A stretch of DNA of 25,523 nt, taken from positions 1 to 25,523 of the forward strand of contig CAZHPN010000078.1 in NCBI GenBank assembly GCA_964534375.1. Reading direction: 5' to 3'. Every line of letters starts with the position of its first letter. Position 1 is the stretch's first letter. Position numbers and translations under genes: made by a program. The DNA comes from an uncultured bacterium (GTDB taxonomy: Bacteria; Lernaellota; Lernaellaia; Lernaellales; Lernaellaceae). The notes beneath the pieces are model-generated. The model was given only the letters and a program-made list of their open reading frames with translations. It ran no database searches and was not told the origin of the DNA. Positions 1-7,284 of the stretch are shown here, one piece after another.

Positions 1-2
1 AG

Positions 3-1061
3 TTGCCATCCGTCGAGGCCGGGGATGCCGGCGAGCGCTGCGTCGAGGTCGTCGACCGTGACGGCGCGGCCGTCGGCGGCGAAGGTGACGTCTTTGGTGC
101 GCCCTTCGATCGCGGCGAGGGTCAGGCCGGCGGTCCGGCCGCACGGGCACGGCCCGCGGTCGTCGAGCCGGGCGACGTCGGCGATGTCGTAGCGCAGCAC
201 GGCGAACCACGGATTGCGCAAGACGGTGACCAGCATCCGGCCGCGCGCCGGCCCGCCATGCCGCGGCAGCCACGGCAGAAAATCGACGCGGCAGTGCTCG
301 ACGTTCTGGTGCAGCCGCCCGGCTTCGCAACCGAAAAACACATGGCCGGTTTCGGTCGAGCCGTAGGAACTGGCGATCGGCGCCGCCAGCGCCTGCCGAA
401 TCTGGCGCAGGTAAATCCGCGACGGATACGAGTACGTCAGCGTGATCAACTGCGGTTCGACCAACGCGAGGCCGAGTTGCGCCGCCCGCCGCGCGAACGG
501 CGCGAGATAGGCCGGATCGCCTTCGAGCGCGACCGGGGCGAAGCGGATGTATTCCTCGGCCATGCGGCGCACGTCGGCGTCGCTCCACGTGGCCGGATTG
601 AGCTTTTCGTTGAGGAACAAGTGCCGGCCGAGCGTGCGTTCGGCCATCGGGCGCGGCGTCGGCGAATAGCCCGGGCCGACGCACCGCGGCGACGCCACCA
701 CGGCCTCGCGATGCGTTCCCGTGGCGGCGCGGCTGGCGTGCGCGTTCAGTTGCCAGGCGGCGCGCTCGGACGCCTGCCACCACGCGGCGTCGAAGACGAT
801 CGTCACCTGATCGTCGGTGCTGCCGCTGGTCTGAGCGAACTCGATTTCCCCGGCGCGCAGGCCGTCGTCGACGTTCTTCCCGCGCGGCGTAAACCCGCCG
901 GGCCCGCCGTCGCGCAAGTCCTGCTTGGTCAATATCGGCAACGCGGCGTAGCGCTCGTCCGCGTCCGCGGCCGGCCCCGGGTCGAGCGCGCGCCACGGCG
1001 CGTAACCGGGCACGTTTGCCAAAGCGGCTTCGAGCGCCGCCGTATCGATCTTGTTGTTCAT
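3..1061 (-). CDS. Phenylacetate-CoA ligase (PaaK/CapK)-like adenylate-forming enzyme, 3' end truncated by window edge
   Basis: Manual translation of the minus strand from ATG at 1061 is open to the window edge: MNNKIDTAALEAALANVPGY...LPILTKQDLR...TSGST...SSYGSTETG...LRYDIADV...CPCGRT...IEGRTKD. These are the ANL-family P-loop (TSGST), YGxTE, RYxxxD and CPCGR/EGR motifs of PaaK-like ligases. Missing from the ORF track because it has no stop in the window. Confidence 0.85.
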   Translation of the reverse strand, partial: MNNKIDTAALEAALANVPGYAPWRALDPGPAADADERYAALPILTKQDLRDGGPGGFTPRGKNVDDGLRAGEIEFAQTSGSTDDQVTIVFDAAWWQASERAAWQLNAHASRAATGTHREAVVASPRCVGPGYSPTPRPMAERTLGRHLFLNEKLNPATWSDADVRRMAEEYIRFAPVALEGDPAYLAPFARRAAQLGLALVEPQLITLTYSYPSRIYLRQIRQALAAPIASSYGSTETGHVFFGCEAGRLHQNVEHCRVDFLPWLPRHGGPARGRMLVTVLRNPWFAVLRYDIADVARLDDRGPCPCGRTAGLTLAAIEGRTKDVTFAADGRAVTVDDLDAALAGIPGLDGWQ

Positions 1062-1126
1062 TCTCGGTTGCTCGCTAACTGTCGCACGCGGCCCTCGGCC
1101 GCAATGAAACGGAAATGTCTTTTTGT

Positions 1127-1197
1127 CTCACGCGGAGAGCGCAGCGAAGACAAGCGGCTTCTTTTTTGTCTCCGCGACCTCCGCGACTCCGCGTGAG
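1127..1197. repeat. Intergenic inverted-repeat element built from CTCCGCG units
   Basis: CTCACGCGGAG (1127-1137) and CTCCGCGTGAG (1187-1197) are a perfect 11-bp inverted repeat; the right arm has three tandem CTCCGCG units. Confidence 0.7.
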
Positions 1198-1212
1198 CCT
1201 CGGTTCCGCCGC

Positions 1213-2346
1213 TCAATCGCGGTCTGCGCCGTACAGGGTCGCGAACTCTTGAATGGCATAGCGGTCGGTCATGCCGGCGATGTAATCGCAGATGGTGCGT
1301 TCGAGGCCGGCGGCGGGCACGCGCGCCACGTATTGCGGCGGCATCATCTGCGGGTTTTGGCGATAGGCGTCGAACAGCTTGCGCAAATAGATCGACGCCT
1401 TGAAAAACGTCCGTTGAATCTGGTGGTGGCGGTACAGATTGCGGTAGAGGTGGTCGTTGAGTTGCAACCGTTTTTCCTCCATCTCCGCCGACCAGCCCAT
1501 CAGCACCTTGTTGACCTCGCGCACGTCCTCCAGGCTCCGGATCTCGTATTCCGCGATGCGCGCCCTCGCCGTCTCGACCAGGTCTTCGACAAAGCGGCCG
1601 ATGAGCTGGCTGATCGCCATCAGCCGCAATTTCTTGCCGTTCAGCCCCGGGTAGCGTTTGAGCACCATCTCTTCGGATTCGCGCCAGATCGGCACGCTTT
1701 CGCGCAATTCCACGGGGTCGAGCAGCCGCGATTCGATGCCGTCGTCGAGGTCGTGGTTGTGGTAGGCGACGCTGTCGGCGCAGTTGATCAACTGGGCTTC
1801 GAGCGTCGGGACGAGCTGCGGCTCGTAATCCGCCAGCGACTCGTCGTCGGCGTGGTCGTAGAACGTCGCGTGCTTGATGATCCCCTCGCGGCTCTCCCAC
1901 GTGAGGTTGAGGCCGGGGAAGTCGGGGTAGCGCTCCTCGAGCAGCGTGACGACGCGCAGGCTCTGCACGTTGTGCTCGAAGCCGCCGTGGTCGGCCATCA
2001 ACTCGTGCAGCACGGCCTCGCCGACGTGGCCGAACGGCGTGTGGCCGACGTCGTGGGCCAGCGCGAGCGTTTCGATCAAGTCGAGATTCAGTCCCAGCCG
2101 CTTGCCCATGCCGCGGGCGATCTGCGCAACCTCAACCGAGTGCGTGAGGCGCGTGCGGTAATAATCGCCCTCGTGGATGATGAAAACCTGCGTTTTGTAT
2201 TCCAATCGGCGAAACGCCGCGCTGTGAATGACGCGGTCGCGGTCGCGTTCGAACGCCGGACGGTCGTCTTTGAACTGTTCCGGGTAGGCCCGGCCGCGGC
2301 TGATGTCGCTGCGCGCGGCGTATGGCGCGAGGACATATCGATCCAT
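1213..2346 (-). CDS. dgt: Deoxyguanosinetriphosphate triphosphohydrolase (dGTPase, HD superfamily)
   Basis: Motifs RDRDRVIHSAAFRRLEYKTQVF, RTRLTHS, AHDVGHTPFGHVGE, FEHNVQSLRVV, DYIAGMTD. Start set at ATG 2346 (MDRYVL), preceded by an AAGGGG Shine-Dalgarno-like sequence. Confidence 0.95.
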   Translation of the reverse strand: MDRYVLAPYAARSDISRGRAYPEQFKDDRPAFERDRDRVIHSAAFRRLEYKTQVFIIHEGDYYRTRLTHSVEVAQIARGMGKRLGLNLDLIETLALAHDVGHTPFGHVGEAVLHELMADHGGFEHNVQSLRVVTLLEERYPDFPGLNLTWESREGIIKHATFYDHADDESLADYEPQLVPTLEAQLINCADSVAYHNHDLDDGIESRLLDPVELRESVPIWRESEEMVLKRYPGLNGKKLRLMAISQLIGRFVEDLVETARARIAEYEIRSLEDVREVNKVLMGWSAEMEEKRLQLNDHLYRNLYRHHQIQRTFFKASIYLRKLFDAYRQNPQMMPPQYVARVPAAGLERTICDYIAGMTDRYAIQEFATLYGADRD

Positions 2347-2380
2347 GAAAACGCCCCTTGTTGCCGGTGGGAAGACGACG

Positions 2381-2419
2381 AAAAACACCGCCGCGCCTGT
2401 TTTGGCCAAGCGCGGCGGT
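2381..2419 (-). terminator. Rho-independent terminator-like hairpin between the Mut7-C gene and dgt
   Basis: Minus strand ACCGCCGCGC-TTGGCCAAAACAG-GCGCGGCGGT followed by GTTTTT: 10-bp GC stem plus U-tract. Confidence 0.65.
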
Positions 2420-2459
2420 TACGGAAGGACCGTGGTCCCTCCCCCCTTGTTCAACGCTG

Positions 2460-2948
2460 TTAGTTTGGTCCGGAAGTGGTTGGATTGTCAAGCGTTTCGT
2501 CAAGCCACGCGAGCATTCGGGTTTTGTGCGTGCCGGCCCAATAGATCCGCCGGCAACGCGGGCAGCGCCGGAAGACGGTTTGCGTGGCGAAGACAAACGG
2601 CGGCGCGATGCCGCGCACCTCGGCCGGGGCGACGTCATCGAGGCGCTCGTTGCAGACTGAACAAATCGTCAAAATGTTTTCTTTATCGATAGTTAGATTA
2701 TAATATTTCATAACTTGCTTTAGCTGCTGGCGTATGCGGTCGAAAGCAATGAGCAAACATTCGTCAGGGGCCGCCGCGGCCGCAAGGGCGGTGTTTTTGG
2801 TGAGCAAAACCCGCCCCTCGGCACGGCATCGGACGAGCAGCCGCAGAATATCGTTGTCGGGCTGCATGGCGCAGTCGAAGCCGAGCAGGCGCAGCCACCT
2901 GGCCAGCCGGCCGACCGTTTTGTCCGCGAGGAACAAGCGCTTGCTCAT
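2460..2948 (-). CDS. Mut7-C RNase domain protein (PIN-like fold with zinc ribbon; DUF82-type)
   Basis: FLADKTVGRLARWLRLLGFD, EGRVLLTKN, QQLKQV, CSVCN...CPRCRRIYWAGTH: characteristic Mut7-C pattern with two CxxC pairs. Confidence 0.9.
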   Translation of the reverse strand: MSKRLFLADKTVGRLARWLRLLGFDCAMQPDNDILRLLVRCRAEGRVLLTKNTALAAAAAPDECLLIAFDRIRQQLKQVMKYYNLTIDKENILTICSVCNERLDDVAPAEVRGIAPPFVFATQTVFRRCPRCRRIYWAGTHKTRMLAWLDETLDNPTTSGPN

Positions 2949-2954
2949 GACTTA

Positions 2955-2963
2955 ATTATAACA
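2955..2963 (-). promoter_or_regulatory. Extended -10 promoter (TGtTATAAT) for the Mut7-C gene, probably leaderless
   Basis: Minus strand TGTTATAAT-TAAGTC-ATG: perfect TGnTATAAT 6 nt before the start codon, no SD. Confidence 0.65.
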
Positions 2964-3109
2964 TGCGCAAAGGGTCGGTCCCCGCAGAAGGGGAAAACGG
3001 AAAAAGGCGGCGCGGACCTTGGCAATGGGGGTGGTCGCCGCCACGCACGGGCGATCGAGGTCCGGTTTTTCAGCCTCTCTCAGTTTCTCAGCTACCCACC
3101 CTTCCCTGT

Positions 3110-3138
3110 TTGCCCTGCGGTGCGGCGGCGCTTACAAT
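3110..3138 (+). promoter_or_regulatory. Sigma70-type promoter for the sensor kinase, probably leaderless
   Basis: TTGCCC (3110-3115), 17-bp spacer, TACAAT (3133-3138); ATG follows after 7 nt at 3146 with no SD. Confidence 0.6.
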
Positions 3139-3145
3139 CGCGCGC

Positions 3146-4858
3146 ATGAATTTTCGGCAGACGAAATTTCTGCTCTTCGCGGCGCTGCTGGCGTTTTCGA
3201 TCGGCCCGGTTCTCATGCTGGGCTACCGGATGGCCCGACTGGACGAGCGAGAATTGCGCGAACGCGACATCGCCAACATGGCGACGCTGGCCGACGACGC
3301 CGCGGACATCACCGACAGTTTCGTTGGCGAACGTCTTGGCGACATGCGCGTCGTCGCCCGGGCCGGGCTTGGCCGCTCGCCGGCGGAAGCCGAGCATCGC
3401 AAGAATCTCGTGCGGTCCGTCGTGAACACCTACCCCTTTTACCGAACGGTGTTGATTACCGACGCCGAGGGTCGGGCGACCTCCGCCGTCGCCGGACGGC
3501 CGCCGGCCGACGACAGCCCGGCGCTAAGGCTCGCGGTCGCGGCGGCTCGCGCCGGCCAGGAATACGTCAGCGAGCCCTTTGCGGATCCGGACCGCGGCGA
3601 TTTGCAAATTCTCATCGCCGTGCCGATGGCGGGCGAAGAGTTGCCGAGCGGCGCGATGGCGGCTGGAATCCTGGGCATGGCGCCCTTGGCGGACCGGTTT
3701 CGCCAGGTGCAATTCGGCGAGACCGGCGAGGTGCTGCTCGTGGACGGGCGCGGCCTTCTGCTGCTTTCCAGCCGTCCGGGCCGGCGGAATTTTCACGATG
3801 TTCTGACCCTCGCCCCCGGCGCCGCCCCGACGGGCAACCGCGTCACCGTCGAGCAGACGGATTACCGCGGCAGACGGGTGCTGCGTACGCAACAACGCGC
3901 CATCCTCGTGCCGTGGTGTGCGATTGCGGAGTGCGCCGTCGCCGAGATCGGCGGCAAGATCGGCCGGCTGCATCGGAAGATGATCGGCGTGTCGTTGCTG
4001 TTCCTAAGCGTGGACACGGTGATCGCCTACCTGCTGGCGACGACGATCGTCAACGGCATGCAACGCGCATACGGCCGCGAGCGGCAACTCGAATTTCAGG
4101 TGCTGCAAAAGGACCGCCTGGCATCCACCGGATTGCTGACCACCGGCATGGCGCACGAGTTGAACACGCCGCTCGCCAACGCCCTGTTGTACACGCAACT
4201 GGCCCTGGAAGGCGACTCGGATCGCGGCGCTGCACGGCGCGCCGATTTGGCTGCCGTCGAGAGCGAAATCCAGCAGTGCATTCGCATTGTGAAGAACCTG
4301 TTGGACTTCGCGCGACAGTCGCAAACGCCGGCCGTGACCGCCGACGTCAACACTCTGCTTGAGCGGCTGTTGTTGATCGCCGAGCCGCGTTGCGCATCCA
4401 ACCACATTGCCGTCAAACGAAACTTCGAGCCCGCTTTGCCGGAAGCGGCCGCCGACCCGAGCGTACTCCAACAGGTCTTTGCGAACGTGTGCGCGAACGC
4501 CGTCGAGGCCATGCCGCACGGCGGCGAGCTTTCGGTGACCACGCGCCATTTGCGCGCGGAAAGGAAAATTCGGGTGGAAATCGCCGACACGGGTCCCGGT
4601 GTTCCGCGCGAAGAACTCGGTAAAATCTTTGAACCGTTCTACACAACCAAGAAGGGCCACGGGATGGGCTTGGGGTTGTTTGTCAGCCATGGGATGGTTC
4701 AACATCTGCACGGGGAACTGCGGGTCGCCAACGTCGCGGCCGACGGCGAGCGGAATCGCGGCGGCCCAACGGGCGCGATATTCACGATCGAATTGCCGGC
4801 CGGCGGCGCCCGGCCGCCGGAATCGGCGACGGCGGGCGACGCCGCGGAGGATGGCTAA
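3146..4858 (+). CDS. Membrane sensor histidine kinase with extracytoplasmic Cache-like domain
   Basis: Two hydrophobic segments flank a Cache-like region (YVSEPF, GETGEVLLVD). H-box MAHELNTPL, N-box QVFANVCANAVEAM, G1 DTGPG, F-box FEPFYTTK, G2 GMGLGL. Start chosen at ATG 3146 (MNFRQTK). Confidence 0.92.
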   Translation: MNFRQTKFLLFAALLAFSIGPVLMLGYRMARLDERELRERDIANMATLADDAADITDSFVGERLGDMRVVARAGLGRSPAEAEHRKNLVRSVVNTYPFYRTVLITDAEGRATSAVAGRPPADDSPALRLAVAAARAGQEYVSEPFADPDRGDLQILIAVPMAGEELPSGAMAAGILGMAPLADRFRQVQFGETGEVLLVDGRGLLLLSSRPGRRNFHDVLTLAPGAAPTGNRVTVEQTDYRGRRVLRTQQRAILVPWCAIAECAVAEIGGKIGRLHRKMIGVSLLFLSVDTVIAYLLATTIVNGMQRAYGRERQLEFQVLQKDRLASTGLLTTGMAHELNTPLANALLYTQLALEGDSDRGAARRADLAAVESEIQQCIRIVKNLLDFARQSQTPAVTADVNTLLERLLLIAEPRCASNHIAVKRNFEPALPEAAADPSVLQQVFANVCANAVEAMPHGGELSVTTRHLRAERKIRVEIADTGPGVPREELGKIFEPFYTTKKGHGMGLGLFVSHGMVQHLHGELRVANVAADGERNRGGPTGAIFTIELPAGGARPPESATAGDAAEDG

Positions 4859-4859
4859 G

Positions 4860-6227
4860 ATGCAGTCGGTGAAGATCCTGATCGTCGAGGACGACCCCAA
4901 AATGAGGTCCGCGCTGCTGTCGATTTTGCGCAAGGACGCGTACGAGGTCGACGCCGTCGAAACAGGGGAGCAAGGGCTCGCCCAACTCGCAGTCGCGAGC
5001 TATGACCTGCTGATCACGGACTTGAAACTTCCCGGCATGAGCGGCCTGGAGTTGCTCACCGCCGCGAAGGAATCGTCGCCGGACCTGGTCGCCGTCATGA
5101 TCACGGCGTACGCCTCCGTCGACTCGGCGGTCCAGGCGATCAAGGCCGGGGCGGACGACTATCTTCCCAAGCCGTTCAGCCTTGAGGAAATCCGCCTGGT
5201 CGTGCGCAAAGTGCTCCAGAAGCGGAACCTGATCGCCGAGAACCGCTTTTTGCACGAACAAATTCTGAAGCAACGTTATTCCGGAAACCTCGTCGGCGGG
5301 AGCGAGGCCATGAACGAGGTGCACCAACTCATCGACCGGGTGAAAGACTCGAAGACGACGGTGTTGGTTCTTGGCGAAACCGGAACCGGCAAGGAGTTGG
5401 TGGCGCGCGCGATCCACACCGGCAGCGTGCGCGCCAAGCGGCTTTTTCTGCCGGTCAATTGCGCCGCGTTGAACGAGAATTTGCTGGAAAGCGAACTCTT
5501 CGGCCATGTCAAGGGTTCGTTCACCGGCGCGACGCGCGATAAAACCGGAATTTTCGCCGCCGCCGACGAGGGGACCGTGTTTCTCGACGAGGTCGGCGAT
5601 CTCGGGGCCAATCTGCAACAAAAGCTCCTGCGCGTTCTGCAGGACGGCGAAATCCAGCCGGTGGGCTCCGTGGCGCGAAAAAAGGTCAACGTGCGTGTGA
5701 TCGCCGCGACGAACCGCGACCTGGCCAAGATGGTCGAGGAAAAAACCTTTCGCGAAGATCTGTATTACCGCGTCAACGTGGTATCGATTCGCTTGCCGCC
5801 ATTGCGCGAGCGCCGCGACGACATCGCGCCGCTGGCCGCGCATTTCCTGCGACGATACGCGGCGGAAAACAAGAAAGACATTCACGGGTTTTCCTCCGCG
5901 GCGGTGAAGGTTTTGGAGCAATACAATTGGCCCGGCAACGTCCGCGAATTGGAAAATGCGATCGAACGCGCCGTGCTGTTCGAGGCCGGCGAGATCGTCA
6001 CGTCCGCGAGCCTGCCGCCGACAATCCGCCAGACCGACGTGCCCGTCGGCTCTACGGACAACCTCCCCAAGACAATCGACGAAGTGGTGCGCGAGCACGT
6101 CGAGCAAACGCTGGTGGCGGCCGGCCAAAACAAAGCCAAGGCCGCAGAGATGCTGGGCATCGATCGCTCCTCACTGTGGAGAATGATCAAGAGGGTGCGA
6201 ACCGACAAGAAACCGCCCGACGTCTGA
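4860..6227 (+). CDS. Sigma54-dependent response regulator, NtrC family (REC-AAA+-Fis HTH)
   Basis: REC (ILIVEDD, DLKLPGMSG, KPF), Walker A GETGTGKE, ESELFGHVKGSFTGA, Walker B FLDEVGD, RVIAATNRDL, FREDLYYR, WPGNVREL, HTH NKAKAAEMLGIDRSSLWR. GGAGG lies 9 nt before ATG 4860 (alternative ATG 4851). Confidence 0.95.
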   Translation: MQSVKILIVEDDPKMRSALLSILRKDAYEVDAVETGEQGLAQLAVASYDLLITDLKLPGMSGLELLTAAKESSPDLVAVMITAYASVDSAVQAIKAGADDYLPKPFSLEEIRLVVRKVLQKRNLIAENRFLHEQILKQRYSGNLVGGSEAMNEVHQLIDRVKDSKTTVLVLGETGTGKELVARAIHTGSVRAKRLFLPVNCAALNENLLESELFGHVKGSFTGATRDKTGIFAAADEGTVFLDEVGDLGANLQQKLLRVLQDGEIQPVGSVARKKVNVRVIAATNRDLAKMVEEKTFREDLYYRVNVVSIRLPPLRERRDDIAPLAAHFLRRYAAENKKDIHGFSSAAVKVLEQYNWPGNVRELENAIERAVLFEAGEIVTSASLPPTIRQTDVPVGSTDNLPKTIDEVVREHVEQTLVAAGQNKAKAAEMLGIDRSSLWRMIKRVRTDKKPPDV

Positions 6228-6239
6228 TCGCCGAATTGC

Positions 6240-6272
6240 GTTGCAACATGCAACAACGTTGCGAAATGCAAC
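6240..6272. promoter_or_regulatory. Tandem palindromic enhancer (UAS)-like sites GTTGC-N5-GCAAC x2
   Basis: GTTGCAACATGCAAC (6240-6254) and GTTGCGAAATGCAAC (6258-6272), just after the regulator stop and about 125-155 bp upstream of a sigma54 promoter. Confidence 0.75.
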
Positions 6273-6396
6273 GCTCTTCCCTTCGCCAAAGCCCATCCTC
6301 GTCTAGCCATCAAGTTGATCGACGATCGATCAACTAACTTGTTATTTGGCGTTTTTACTCGTGCAGACGCCGAATATCGCGCTATTCCCGGGATCG

Positions 6397-6412
6397 TGGC
6401 ACGTAATTTGCT
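6397..6412 (+). promoter_or_regulatory. Sigma54 (-24/-12) promoter
   Basis: TGGCACG-TAAT-TTGCT matches the consensus TGGCACG-N4-TTGCW exactly; predicted +1 near 6423. Confidence 0.8.
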
Positions 6413-6425
6413 TTCGATTCCCCTG

Positions 6426-7070
6426 GTGTTGAGTTTATTTTTCATTCGGGACGGTCTCTGTCGACGGCAACGACTGCGCCGGCGTGGGCATGCTGCATTG
6501 TTGACGATAAATCATTACGCCAAATTGCTTTCCGATCTGCGGCGATTCGCCACGGCGAAGAATTTCGCCGCGAGCCTGGAGATCGCGATCGTTGTTGGCT
6601 CTCTCGTCTTCACGGCCCGTTATCTCACGAATTATTGCATGCTGCAGCGACCGCTCGACCGCATCACGCAGCGCGACGCCGGCAATTCGTGCGTGCGCGC
6701 CGAGGTTTACTACGGTTCCTTTCTCGATTTCGGCGACGTTGTATTCAATTTTCAAGACATGTCGCCGCTGTGCGCCGCGGCGGACTCGCTCCGGGTGTTT
6801 GCGCAATTCGGCCGCGAAATGCGCGGCCGGCATTTTCGCCGCGTCACCGCCGCCTATCGGCGTCAAAGATTATTCGAGATTCGCGGCGACGAGTTCGCCG
6901 ATTTGGACAATCCGCAGCATTTGAACCGGCAGCGCGAACTGCTCGCCGCGCTCGACCGCTGGGTAGGTCTTTCCGCCGGTGGAGCGATCGCGGACGAAGC
7001 CCTGTATTTGCGGGCGAATCGCGTCGTTCGCGAATGGGCCGCGCCGGCCGCACGAACCTGTAGTTTGTAG
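6426..7070 (+). CDS. Hypothetical protein with one predicted TM helix (start uncertain)
   Basis: Open frame ending at TAG 7070 with a hydrophobic segment (SLEIAIVVGSLVFTA) followed by a globular-looking region. GTG 6426 is the first in-frame start after the sigma54 promoter; TTG 6498/6501 are alternatives. Confidence 0.5.
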   Translation: MLSLFFIRDGLCRRQRLRRRGHAALLTINHYAKLLSDLRRFATAKNFAASLEIAIVVGSLVFTARYLTNYCMLQRPLDRITQRDAGNSCVRAEVYYGSFLDFGDVVFNFQDMSPLCAAADSLRVFAQFGREMRGRHFRRVTAAYRRQRLFEIRGDEFADLDNPQHLNRQRELLAALDRWVGLSAGGAIADEALYLRANRVVREWAAPAARTCSL

Positions 7071-7083
7071 TTCGCTCCACGCA

Positions 7084-7112
7084 TTGACTTTCCGCGAAAA
7101 CCGATTCAGATT
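7084..7112 (+). promoter_or_regulatory. Possible sigma70 promoter upstream of the GT-C-like genes
   Basis: TTGACT, 17-bp spacer, CAGATT (weak -10). Confidence 0.3.
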
Positions 7113-7284
7113 CTGTTTTGTTCGCTCCGTGGGAGGAGCCTCAGAAAATAAGCAGATTAGTCGGCGCCGGTAGAAAAGTATCGCGAGCGCCGGGCGCGAC
7201 GAGCAGAACTGGGGCTCGATTTTCCAGGCGCGATCGTTTCGGTTGTCAAATGCCTGCAACCCTCGGGGAGGAAGGTTCAGGGAA

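Noticed and set aside
1213..2948. dGTPase plus Mut7-C RNase as an anti-phage defence pair
   Set aside because: The dGTPase has the length and motifs of the common housekeeping type, a terminator-like hairpin separates the genes, and no other defence or mobility genes are present.
5512..5532. GSFTGA instead of GAFTGA as a sign of a sigma54-independent regulator
   Set aside because: GSFTGA is a common functional variant that keeps the key F and T, and a consensus sigma54 promoter lies just downstream.
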